A stretch of DNA of 32,000 nt from Halorhodospira halophila SL1 (GCF_000015585.1 NC_008789.1:1680001-1712000), one strand, 5' to 3'; shown: positions 18,174-27,107, counted from the stretch's first letter. The notes: generated by a model from the letters alone, not told the origin. Numbers and translations: made by a program.

Positions 18174-19049
18174 TCAGTTTTTATAGCACTCCCGCAGGCC
18201 GAGCTGCGAGCAGACAGTTTCGAGATCATAATTATAAGACAAATCCTTACTTAAATCACGGCGGTCATCCTGGGGCGATTGTGGCACGTAGTCTTTTCGT
18301 CCGATTCGTGTACAATGCCCCTCCCTGACCCTCTTCAGATCAATAGGATGAACCTTACCCCCATGGATCTCATGCCACGCTAGAATACCGCCCCCGTGAT
18401 CGTAGTCATATTGACGCCGCAACCGAGCACGCAGAGAATCCGGGCAATTCGGATGCCTCCAGACGTTCCTCCACCAACCGGCACCGACTTCGAATTGTGA
18501 GCGGCTTGCCCCAGCCGTCGTGCAGCCGATGAGTTCCCAGAACCGATCACGTTTTCCGTACCACCTTTTGTACCATGGCCGACGACTGTCTAGTGCACTT
18601 ATGTGCCCGTCCGGTAAAGCCTCAAACCACTCGGCCAAATCCTGCAGGACCGATTGTCGCACCAACAAGTCTGAATGCCAGAACGCCAGCCGCCCGCAGA
18701 ACAGATGGGAAAATTCCACGGGAAACAGGAAGTGCATGATGGGATAGTTGAATCCGGCGTTGAAATCCACCCTCACCGCACCCTCCTCTAGCGGTGGCTC
18801 GCCGGAGCGCGGGTCACCCCCTACGACCGGGGTCCAATCGACGGACTTAACCAGTCGCTGCTGGACTCGACACCAGTCGGGATCGACATTCCAACACAGC
18901 CAAGGTTTCGCAACCCCCCGCAGCTGTTCCCGCCACTGCTGGGAGCACGCCTCGATCTCGGCGACCCGGCTTGCCGGAAACACATCCCAGTTCCCCTTTG
19001 CTTCGCGGAGCCACTGCCGCTGCTGGTCGGTGTAATCGCCTTCAGTCAC
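18174..19049 (-). CDS. Hypothetical protein, Trp/Arg-rich, no recognisable family
   Basis: 291-aa ORF with a GTG start at 19049. I saw no TM segments and no signal peptide. Composition is unusual (many W: WLREAKGNW, WLCWNVDPDW, WYKRWYG, GWWRNVW). It is co-directional with the flanking ABC exporter and ATP-grasp genes. Confidence 0.5.
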   Translation of the reverse strand: MTEGDYTDQQRQWLREAKGNWDVFPASRVAEIEACSQQWREQLRGVAKPWLCWNVDPDWCRVQQRLVKSVDWTPVVGGDPRSGEPPLEEGAVRVDFNAGFNYPIMHFLFPVEFSHLFCGRLAFWHSDLLVRQSVLQDLAEWFEALPDGHISALDSRRPWYKRWYGKRDRFWELIGCTTAGASRSQFEVGAGWWRNVWRHPNCPDSLRARLRRQYDYDHGGGILAWHEIHGGKVHPIDLKRVREGHCTRIGRKDYVPQSPQDDRRDLSKDLSYNYDLETVCSQLGLRECYKN

Positions 19050-19186
19050 GGTAGAACACCCCTACTACCCCGGTCATTCACCTTGGGCGCATACGCTCAA
19101 CCTCGGGCCAGCCGAGCCAGACGATGGCTGCCATTGCGTTCATCCACCTTCGCAAGAGCAGCCTTCTTGGAGCAGAGAGACATACG

Positions 19187-21016
19187 CTAGGCCATCCCTG
19201 CTGCGAGCTGCGTTAAGCGCCCATCCTGTGCGATCAAATCGTCCCAGGAGCCTTCTTCCACCAAACGCCCCTGCTCCAGGACGAAGAGCCGGTCGCAGTT
19301 CTTGACCGTTGTCAGACGGTGGGCGATCAGGATGATCGTTTTCTGGCCAGCCAGGTTGTGCACGGCACTCATGACGGACTTCTCGGTTGCGGTATCCAGC
19401 GCGCTGGTCGCCTCATCAAAGATGAGTACCGCCGGATCCCGGTACAGGGCTCGTGCGATACCGATTCGCTGCCTCTGCCCACCGGACAACCGGACCCCTC
19501 GCTCTCCGATCGGCGTATCGTAACCACTGGGTAACTGCGTTCTAACAAAGCCATCCAGATTCGCCAGCCGGGCGGCTCGTTCCACAGCAAGCTCATCGAT
19601 CTCCGAGGCTTTAAGCCCCAGGGCGATATTTCCGCGGACCGTGTCGTCCGCCAGAAAGATATGCTGTGGCACATACCCGATGCCGGCTTGCCAATCGCGC
19701 AGAGTCTGTTGACGCAGCGTGACCCCATCGACGCGCATCTCGCCGGAGTCAGGCGCCAGCAGTCCCAGCAGCAGATCGACCACGGTGCTCTTCCCTGCCC
19801 CCGAGGGCCCCACGATCCCCACTGTGGTATTGGCCGGGATCGCCAATGACAGTTGCTGCACAGCGTGCATCTCGGCGCCCGGGTACCGGAACGATACCTG
19901 GTCTAGCTCAATGGCCTGGCGCGGCACCATGGGCTCGGGCTGTCGTCGCTGGTGAACTAGGGGCACCACTTCCGAGCGATCATTGAGATCCTTCAAGAGC
20001 GTCTCCACCGCGGGCATGTTGAACCGTAGCTGAGCGAACGCTCCAAAGAGGCTCTGGAATGCCGGAATCAGACGCTTTACAGCCAAGGCGTAGAGACCAA
20101 TGATCGGCAGCGCCTGCGCAACCCCTCCCCCATCGGCCATCAGGTAAAGAACAAGGAGCAGTACACCACCGAAGGCGATCGCCTCGATGGCGTACTGGGG
20201 TAAGTTCTCAAGGATCTGCGAATTGGCCTGGTGCCGCGCGAACTGATGGGCCGCCCCTTTGTACCGCTCCAGGTAAGGACGCTCTCGGCCAAGCAGGCGG
20301 ATCTCCTTCGCCCCCGCGAAGGCCTCCCCGACCGCAGCAAAGCGCTTCTCGTTGGCGGAGACTCGCTCGGCACCGATCCGAGCCAACCATACCCGGGCAA
20401 CCAGGTAGATCACGCCGTAGGTCAAACCCAGCACGCTGGCAGCAAGCAGCGTCAACCAGGGCTCTACGAGAAGGAGCAAGCCCAAAATGGCCAAAGCCAG
20501 GATCCCGTTGCTGAGCAGCTTTAAAAGGGGCATCAGCCCGCCCCGGATAGCGTGATTGGTCTCCTCCAAGATCGACTTGGACAGATCCGCGGAGTTGCGG
20601 TTGAGGTAGAACGTGTAGGGGCGCCGGAGATAGTCGGCCATCAAGCGGCAGGAAACACTGTATCGGCGCATGTGCGTAAAGCGGGTTTCGGTCCATTTCG
20701 TCGCCGCTTGAACCGCATTGCCGATGACGATCAGGGCGAAGGCGGCCCCACCAAGAAAGAAGAGGAACGAACGGGCCGTCTCGAAGGGCAGCACCTCATA
20801 CGCCGCGCTTAGCCAGCGGTGTTCGTGAACGACCGATGGATCGCCCAGGACGGAGAGGAACGGCATAACCGAGGCGATACCCACCGTCTGGACGAAAGCG
20901 TTGACGACCATCAGCACGACGAGTCCAGCCGTCATATACTTCTCGCGTCGGGTCAGCAGGCTGAGTGTCTTGCGGGGAACCTCAACAAAGGAGCGCAGGA
21001 TCATTGCAGGAGACAT
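19187..21016 (-). CDS. Fused TMD-NBD ABC exporter (MsbA/PglK-like type I exporter)
   Basis: 609 aa. The N-terminal half has six helices. Motifs present: Walker A GPSGAGKST, signature LSGGQRQR, Walker B VLIFDEATSALD, H-loop IAHRL. Confidence 0.9.
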   Translation of the reverse strand: MSPAMILRSFVEVPRKTLSLLTRREKYMTAGLVVLMVVNAFVQTVGIASVMPFLSVLGDPSVVHEHRWLSAAYEVLPFETARSFLFFLGGAAFALIVIGNAVQAATKWTETRFTHMRRYSVSCRLMADYLRRPYTFYLNRNSADLSKSILEETNHAIRGGLMPLLKLLSNGILALAILGLLLLVEPWLTLLAASVLGLTYGVIYLVARVWLARIGAERVSANEKRFAAVGEAFAGAKEIRLLGRERPYLERYKGAAHQFARHQANSQILENLPQYAIEAIAFGGVLLLVLYLMADGGGVAQALPIIGLYALAVKRLIPAFQSLFGAFAQLRFNMPAVETLLKDLNDRSEVVPLVHQRRQPEPMVPRQAIELDQVSFRYPGAEMHAVQQLSLAIPANTTVGIVGPSGAGKSTVVDLLLGLLAPDSGEMRVDGVTLRQQTLRDWQAGIGYVPQHIFLADDTVRGNIALGLKASEIDELAVERAARLANLDGFVRTQLPSGYDTPIGERGVRLSGGQRQRIGIARALYRDPAVLIFDEATSALDTATEKSVMSAVHNLAGQKTIILIAHRLTTVKNCDRLFVLEQGRLVEEGSWDDLIAQDGRLTQLAAGMA

Positions 21017-21377
21017 CCTCGGTGTCGGCGATTTTTGCGGCTAACTCCGACGACGGCTATCACCGGACGAAACAACCCCATGTCTGTATTGGGCCTTAGA
21101 CCCCTGTACACCACCACTGACAGTGTAGACCGTGTGCCGAGCCCGTCATCCGTCTAGTCAGCGAAGGCACCCATTGCCGCCCCTAGCCACCTGGCTGAGC
21201 ACGCGGTCATAGTCAACCCAACCTAGAGGGCTCCGGGCCCTCAGCTGCGGCTACGCAACCACGCCACCCTTCCGCCATCGAATGCTTTCTGCTATAGGAC
21301 TTGAGGGGAAGGCCGATCATTGCTGCCGGCACCTCCGCCGATACGGGGCTTGGTCTTTCAAATGAAGCCACCTGGCA

Positions 21378-21389
21378 CTTGGTACCAAG
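21378..21389. promoter_or_regulatory. Perfect 12-bp palindrome cttggtaccaag 22 nt upstream of the sulfotransferase start, nested in a longer inverted repeat
   Basis: Read directly. The flanking 8-bp arms ttggtctt (21350-21357) and aagaccaa (21387-21394) are also reverse complements. It lies in the 394-bp divergent region between the ABC exporter and the sulfotransferase. Confidence 0.35.
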
Positions 21390-21410
21390 ACCAACGGGTA
21401 GATAGCCACT

Positions 21411-22379
21411 ATGGATCAAAAGCCGCCTCTCGTGCTCATCGTGGGCACTGGACGCTCCGGGACCACCTTTTTAGGCAAGCTTCTCGATAGCCATCCTCGA
21501 GTCCGGTACCGACATGAACCGGATTGGGCCTATGTCGACCCTTCACTTCCGTTCCTACCACGTCCAACAGAACAAGACGCTTACCGGCATCAGGCAGCGC
21601 AATACTTCCGCCGCCTTGCGGAGGTTCGAGCGGTGAAGGTCACCGGCAAGACACCGCTTTTCCGAAAGTCTTATCGTTCGGGCCCGAGAGAGGCCGCCCA
21701 CCGTCTGAACCTCGCCATAGGCCACGTCCTCGACTCCTTGGGGATCGCTAAGAAACGCGACCTCGTGTGGGACATGGTGCAAAAGGACGCCACCGATGAC
21801 CTGGTAACCGTCATCAAGAGCGTAAACTCCCTTGCTCGAGCGCCCCTATTCGCTCATGCGCTTCCCAACACACCGATTGTGCATATTATCCGGCACCCCG
21901 CCGGCGTCGTCGCCTCCCGACTCCGGGGGGCTAACCGAGGCTTGATGGGCTCTAAAACCTACATTGACAGCCTATTCGACGCGGGGTATGCGGAGGCATC
22001 AGGGCTGAAACGTGAACAAGTACAAGAATGGCCTCTAGAGAAGCAATTTGCCTTCGAATGGATGACGCTCAATGAAACCGTCTACCGGTCACTTCGGAAC
22101 CACGAACAATACATCTGCGTGACCCACGAAGCTCTTTCTCGCTCAACTGAAAAGACCACTCAGTCAATACTTGCCCACATCGGGATCGACTGGAACGAGC
22201 AGACGGCGCATTTCATTCGCTCCCTGCGCGCGAAAACCGCTTCCTCCGGCTTTTTCGACGTCCAGAGAGCCCCAGAACCTCAGATCGAGAGATGGCGTAA
22301 CGAAATGACTAACACGCAATTGAAATGGATCGAGGAGGTGATTGAACCTTCACGGGTCGGACAATGGTTTTTAAATTAA
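21411..22379 (+). CDS. Sulfotransferase family protein (PAPS-dependent)
   Basis: The N-terminal 5'-PSB-type P-loop LVLIVGTGRSGTTFLGKLL is present, followed by IIRHPAGVVASRL (3'-PB-like). 322 aa, with lower GC than the locus average. Confidence 0.8.
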   Translation: MDQKPPLVLIVGTGRSGTTFLGKLLDSHPRVRYRHEPDWAYVDPSLPFLPRPTEQDAYRHQAAQYFRRLAEVRAVKVTGKTPLFRKSYRSGPREAAHRLNLAIGHVLDSLGIAKKRDLVWDMVQKDATDDLVTVIKSVNSLARAPLFAHALPNTPIVHIIRHPAGVVASRLRGANRGLMGSKTYIDSLFDAGYAEASGLKREQVQEWPLEKQFAFEWMTLNETVYRSLRNHEQYICVTHEALSRSTEKTTQSILAHIGIDWNEQTAHFIRSLRAKTASSGFFDVQRAPEPQIERWRNEMTNTQLKWIEEVIEPSRVGQWFLN

Positions 22380-23115
22380 ATTCCTCGAGGGCTGTTTTTG
22401 AAAAAAAAAACACGCACAGACGTAAATCTTGTCTTTAAAAGCATATCGGCACTATCCCTTGACCTTTTTTAAACGCTTCTCTTCCGCACCCACGCCTCAC
22501 CCAAGCGCGGGCAACTTGCCACTGGGAAAAAACCCGCGACCACGGACTGCCCAGCTGTACGCCCGAGGTCTTCGCATAGCTTCGAAAAACACTTGAACAT
22601 GAATGCTGGCAGCGACAGGGCTGCGAAACCTCGTTTACAATAAAGACCATTTTCCGGGCCGCCCACCGCCGCCATCCCAAACGGTATTGATCTATTCGCA
22701 CTTGATGCCCAAACTGTAACAACTCAAATAGGCTGCGACGGCACGGACTCCATCATAGCGCCGGAGGGGTTTCTTTTAAATAGGCCGGATCAGAGCCTTT
22801 ATAGTTTTTTCAGGACCAAATAGCAAGGTTCTCCACCATCGGGAATAGCGATGATAGACAGCGACCGCCACAAACGAAGCGTTGGAGAACCCCACCTTCC
22901 AGGATCCGGGTGCACCGGGGCTGCCCTTCGCCCGCCCGGAGCACCACCGCACTCGACCGGCACGTTCCATCGATTAGTTGCCCGCACGCGCCCGCCCCGA
23001 GCAGGCGATGGAGAAATGGTGCAACTAGGCAGAGCGTTGAGCTTGCGCCCCCCCCGGTCAGCAACTACGCTCAAATTGTGAGTGGGATCCCTATACATGT
23101 GAGGCCGATCAATCG

Positions 23116-24705
23116 ATGCTACGCCTTTTCCCAGACCTTGTTTTCGCTTCCGCCAGGACGCGCCCCGAAAACATCGCGCTAACTCAAGCTGATCAGCGCT
23201 GGAGCTATCAACAGGTTGCGGAGGAAGTCGCATCATTAGCTACCGCCCTTCGCGGTTTCGGCCTTGAAGCCAACGAACGGGTCGCAATCTATTTGGAGAA
23301 GCGCCCAGAGGCCGTTATGGCACTTTTCGGTGCTAGCGCAGCTGGCGGCGTCGCGATTCCAGTCAACCCAGCGCTGAGACCGCACCAGGTCGCACACATC
23401 CTCGACGATTCCGGGGCAACTGTGCTGATCACCTCCGGTCCTCGCTTACAACAACTTTGGGATGCTCTAGACGGAGCACAGCCCTTCAAGGCCATCGTGG
23501 TAGGCGACTCGGATGCTGGAGAGCACCGGCCAAATCAACCCATCCCGTGGGGCGCGTGGCCTCGGGTGACATCCCCCCCCACCCCGCGGCGAATCGACTC
23601 CGATATGGCGGCAATCCTGTATACCTCAGGCAGCACCGGCCTACCCAAGGGGGTGGTGCTCTCCCACCGCAACCTCGTTACCGGCGCCATCAGCGTCAGC
23701 GAGTACCTCCAGAACGCCGCCTCAGACCGGATCCTCAGTGTCCTACCACTGAGTTTCGACTATGGCCTGAGCCAGATTACGACAGGCTTTGCCACAGGCG
23801 CCGAGGTTATCCTCCTCAACTACCTGCTACCCCAGGATGTCCCCCGCGCTGTGTCGCGTTACGAGGTTACCGGGCTGGCGGCCGTGCCTCCGCTGTGGAT
23901 TGAATTGGCCAATCTTGATTGGCCCGACGCTGCCCGCAGTACCCTGCGTTATATCACCAATTCGGGTGGCGCGATGCCACCTTCAACGCTTCAAAAACTC
24001 CGCGACCAATTACCCGGAACGGCACCCTATCTGATGTACGGGCTCACAGAAGGGTTCCGTTCCACTTACCTACCCCCAGAGGAGATCGATCGGCGACCCG
24101 GGTCGATCGGCAAGGCTATCCCCAACGCCGAGGTGCAGGTCGTGCGAGAAGATGGTTCGCCCTGCGCCCCCAATGAGCCCGGCGAGCTCGTTCATCGGGG
24201 TCCTTTGGTTAGTCTGGGATACTGGCAGGCCCCCGACACGACCGCTAAACGCTTCCGCCCAGCACCCGGACAACCTGCTGGACTCCCACTGCCGGAGATC
24301 GCGGTCTGGTCGGGAGATACGGTTTACGCTGACGAAGATGGCTACCTCTATTTCGTAGGCCGGAACGATGAGATGATCAAGAGTTCCGGCTACCGAATCA
24401 GCCCCCAAGAGATCGAGAACGTCCTCGACGGAACGCCTGGACTCACGGAGGCAGTCGCCATCGGTGTTCCGCATCACCGCTTAGGAGAGGCAATACTAGT
24501 CCTCGCTACCGTAGAGGAGGGGCCAGCCGGTGCATGTGAGGACGATTTGCGGGCGAGGTGCCGCCAACAACTCCCCCCCTTCATGGTGCCATCAGCCTTC
24601 CTCCTTTGGACGCAACCACTGCCACGCAATCCCAACGGTAAGGTCGATCGAGCAGGCCTTCGCCATCGTCACGCGGAGTTCTTTGCCGAGACGGAGGAAC
24701 CATGA
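23116..24705 (+). CDS. AMP-forming acyl-CoA/acyl-ACP ligase (exosortase A system-associated type)
   Basis: Adenylate-forming core motifs ILYTSGSTGLPKGVV, YGLTE and GDTVYADEDGYLYFVGRNDEMIKSSGYRISPQEIE are present, plus the terminal PRNPNGKVDR lysine motif. Confidence 0.9.
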   Translation: MLRLFPDLVFASARTRPENIALTQADQRWSYQQVAEEVASLATALRGFGLEANERVAIYLEKRPEAVMALFGASAAGGVAIPVNPALRPHQVAHILDDSGATVLITSGPRLQQLWDALDGAQPFKAIVVGDSDAGEHRPNQPIPWGAWPRVTSPPTPRRIDSDMAAILYTSGSTGLPKGVVLSHRNLVTGAISVSEYLQNAASDRILSVLPLSFDYGLSQITTGFATGAEVILLNYLLPQDVPRAVSRYEVTGLAAVPPLWIELANLDWPDAARSTLRYITNSGGAMPPSTLQKLRDQLPGTAPYLMYGLTEGFRSTYLPPEEIDRRPGSIGKAIPNAEVQVVREDGSPCAPNEPGELVHRGPLVSLGYWQAPDTTAKRFRPAPGQPAGLPLPEIAVWSGDTVYADEDGYLYFVGRNDEMIKSSGYRISPQEIENVLDGTPGLTEAVAIGVPHHRLGEAILVLATVEEGPAGACEDDLRARCRQQLPPFMVPSAFLLWTQPLPRNPNGKVDRAGLRHRHAEFFAETEEP

Positions 24706-25937
24706 ACCCGCACGTCGCTCACTTGCCCTGTATGGAGGTCTTCTCCATACAGGACGGTGAATTAACGCTACAAGGCGTCCCGGTCACACAGTTGGCCGAG
24801 AGCGCCGGACAGACGCCGTTCTTTGCTTATGATCGAGCCATGATCGACCACCGCGTGGCGGCATTGCGCGCTACGCTCCCGCCCGAGATCCATCTTCACT
24901 ACGCGATCAAGGCCAATCCTATGCCGGAACTCGTCCAGCACCTCGCCCGAATGGTCGACGGCTTGGACGTGGCGTCCGCTGGGGAGCTGGCGCTGGCACT
25001 TGAAACCGAGACCGCCCCGGCCGATATCTCCATTGCGGGGCCGGGGAAACAGGATCACGAGCTTGCTCGGGCATTGGAATCCGGCGTCACCATCAACTTG
25101 GAGTCTCCCGGCGAGCTGGAGCGCCTGGCCGAGCTGGCCAACCGGCACGGGCGCACCCCCTCTGTGGCGATCCGGATCAATCCCGATTTCACGCTCAAGA
25201 CGTCTGGTATGCAGATGGGCGGCGGCCCCAAGCAGTTCGGGATTGATACCGAGCAGGCCCCGGCAGTTCTGCATCGAATCGGCGAACTCTCTTTCGATTT
25301 TCGAGGTTTCCAGATCTTCGCAGGTTCCCAGAACCTGAACACGGACGCCCTCATCACTGCTCAGAACGGCATCTTCGAACTCTTCAACCGCCTTGCCGAC
25401 GAGGCTCCCGCTCCGGTCACTCTGCTCAACATGGGGGGAGGGCTTGGCATTCCCTACTTCGCCAACGATAGACCCCTGGACTTAGACCGCTACGGGGAAC
25501 ACCTGCACCGCCATGTCGCGGCTTGTCGCCAGAGGTTCCCGAATGTCCAGATCGTGCTTGAGCTCGGCCGCTACCTGGTGGGTGAGGCCGGAGTTTATGT
25601 CGTTCGCGTTATCGATCGTAAGGTTTCGCGCGGGCAGGTCTTCCTGGTCACCGATGGCGGCATGCACCACCACCTTGCAGCCTCGGGGAATCTTGGCCAA
25701 ACCATACGCCGCGACTACCCCATCGCCCTTGCCACGGCGATGGACCACCCCGCCGCGGAGGACGTGTCTGTTGTCGGTCCGTTGTGCACGCCGCTAGATG
25801 TTCTGGGTAGTCGCGTCCCTCTCCCCTACGCGAAGCCCGGGGATCTGATCGTGGTGTTCCAGTCCGGCGCTTACGGTCTGAGTGCGAGCCCAACCTATTT
25901 TCTTAACCACCCTAAGGCAGCGGAATTACTTGTTTGA
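24702..25937 (+). CDS. PLP-dependent decarboxylase, fold type III (Orn/DAP/Arg decarboxylase family; exosortase A system-associated type)
   Basis: The ATG overlaps the ligase stop (ATGA at 24702-24705) and GGAGG lies upstream. The PLP-lysine motif HLHYAIKANP is present. So are GGGLGIPY and the C-terminal PLCTPLDVLG...GDLIVVFQSGAYG typical of this family. Confidence 0.9.
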   Translation: MNPHVAHLPCMEVFSIQDGELTLQGVPVTQLAESAGQTPFFAYDRAMIDHRVAALRATLPPEIHLHYAIKANPMPELVQHLARMVDGLDVASAGELALALETETAPADISIAGPGKQDHELARALESGVTINLESPGELERLAELANRHGRTPSVAIRINPDFTLKTSGMQMGGGPKQFGIDTEQAPAVLHRIGELSFDFRGFQIFAGSQNLNTDALITAQNGIFELFNRLADEAPAPVTLLNMGGGLGIPYFANDRPLDLDRYGEHLHRHVAACRQRFPNVQIVLELGRYLVGEAGVYVVRVIDRKVSRGQVFLVTDGGMHHHLAASGNLGQTIRRDYPIALATAMDHPAAEDVSVVGPLCTPLDVLGSRVPLPYAKPGDLIVVFQSGAYGLSASPTYFLNHPKAAELLV

Positions 25938-26103
25938 CCCCGGACCAAGTCACTGCATTGCTGCGTGAGACCTGCTCCCGCCGGACTTTCCTGTCAGCCC
26001 AGAGCGCTTCATCCAGGGCGCTTGCCCAGCCCTTAGCCAATCGTAATAAAATAAAAGTTTAGAAACAGAATCCAAGAATCAAAAACACGAAGGCAGCTCG
26101 AAA

Positions 26104-27105
26104 ATGGCCAGCACCCCAAGCGTCTCCGTCATCATCCCCGCGCTGAACTGTGCGCCTTTTATTAGTGCCGCGATCGAGAGCGTCCTCAAACAGGGTGGTG
26201 ATCAGCTAGAGGTACTTGTCATTGACGACGGATCTACGGACGAGACCGCAAATATCGTCCGGAGCTATCCAAGCCCCGTGCATCTGCTCCGCACGCAGAC
26301 ACCTCGATCCGGCGCTGCTGCCGCCAGAAACGTGGGGCTGCGCCACGCACACGGCCGCCTCATAGCCTTCCTGGACGGAGACGATGTCTGGTTACCCGGG
26401 AAGCTAGCACTGCAGACCAGCACATTGGAGAACCACCCCGACGTAGCACTCGTCTGCACTCGCGGCGGAAGATGGGAACCGGACAACGAATCCTATGAAC
26501 AAGCCCATCAACGCTTCATCACTGCCGATGCCACCTCGGAACCAACTGACTTCTACCCCGCCGGCTGGATTTACCACATGCTTTTGCTGCGACCAGCCTG
26601 GGTGTGGACCTCTACAGTGGTAATGCGCCGAGAACTGGTGGAGAAGGTCGGTGAGTTTGACGAGTCTTTGCGCTTAGGCCAGGACTACGAGTATTGGCTT
26701 CGCTGCTCCCGCGAAACCCAAATTTTACGCGTGGCGAAAGTGCTAGCCCTCTACCGACAACACGCCAACAATTCCACCAATAAACCGCGCAACCGGAACT
26801 TTGAACTAGAAGTGGTTCAAAGAGCGCTCGATCGCTGGGGAAGGCATGGCCCCGATGGCCAAGCTGCTGATAAGAAACAAATCAAGAAGAGATTTGCACG
26901 AATGCATTTCCGTATGGGGTATCAGCATTTCTGGGCTGGAGACCCGCGCATTGCAGCAAAAGAATTCTATCACTCGATCCGCACCAACCCGAGAGCCTGG
27001 CGTGCGTGGGCCTATGCCAGCGCATCAGCAGTACGCGGTCTTTTCGTCCCCACCCCCCGGAACCAGAAACCTCCGAGCGGGGGCGAGCGCCGGCACGGAG
27101 AGTAG
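26104..27105 (+). CDS. Family 2 glycosyltransferase
   Basis: Motifs SVIIPALNCAPFISAAIESVL, VLVIDDGSTDET and the DxD motif FLDGDDVW. It is preceded by an AT-rich stretch (aataaaataaaagtttagaaacagaatcc). Confidence 0.9.
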   Translation: MASTPSVSVIIPALNCAPFISAAIESVLKQGGDQLEVLVIDDGSTDETANIVRSYPSPVHLLRTQTPRSGAAAARNVGLRHAHGRLIAFLDGDDVWLPGKLALQTSTLENHPDVALVCTRGGRWEPDNESYEQAHQRFITADATSEPTDFYPAGWIYHMLLLRPAWVWTSTVVMRRELVEKVGEFDESLRLGQDYEYWLRCSRETQILRVAKVLALYRQHANNSTNKPRNRNFELEVVQRALDRWGRHGPDGQAADKKQIKKRFARMHFRMGYQHFWAGDPRIAAKEFYHSIRTNPRAWRAWAYASASAVRGLFVPTPRNQKPPSGGERRHGE

Positions 27106-27107
27106 GC

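Noticed and set aside
15156-21016. Lasso-peptide/RiPP reading of the island: AsnB-like as cyclase, the 291-aa Cys/His/Asp protein as leader protease, the ABC protein as exporter.
   Set aside because: I found no plausible precursor. The small ORFs I translated are 16601-16786, 18001-18093 (MLSMSGLCFGKPELRYVVIETGRLWESVND), 19097-19183 (MSLCSKKAALAKVDERNGSHRLARLARG) and a 21-aa ORF in 19050-19186. All lack a Thr(-2)/Gly1 site with Asp or Glu at core position 7-9. The AsnB-like gene sits 12 nt after an EPS gene, and the genes lie on different strands. The idea is kept only as a remote alternative.
21373-21389. TGGCAC hexamer suggesting a sigma-54 -24 element upstream of the sulfotransferase.
   Set aside because: The position where the -12 GC should fall (12 nt after the GG) reads CA, inside ggtaccaag. 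TGGCAC-N5-TTGC is therefore not satisfied. A second weak candidate, TGGCAGCGACAGGGC at about 22606-22620, has GGGC instead of TTGC and lies about 500 nt from the next start.
22383-22410. cctcgagg palindrome followed by gctgttttt and an A10 run after the sulfotransferase stop, as a possible rho-independent terminator.
   Set aside because: The palindrome has no loop, so at most a 2-3 bp stem could form. It is far too weak to call a terminator.
22799-23236. 145-aa ORF on the - strand spanning the start of the acyl ligase gene, plus other ORFs at 22435-23182.
   Set aside because: They overlap each other and the well-supported ligase start. Their composition is Arg/Gly/Pro-skewed and they carry no motifs. 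They are more likely non-coding.
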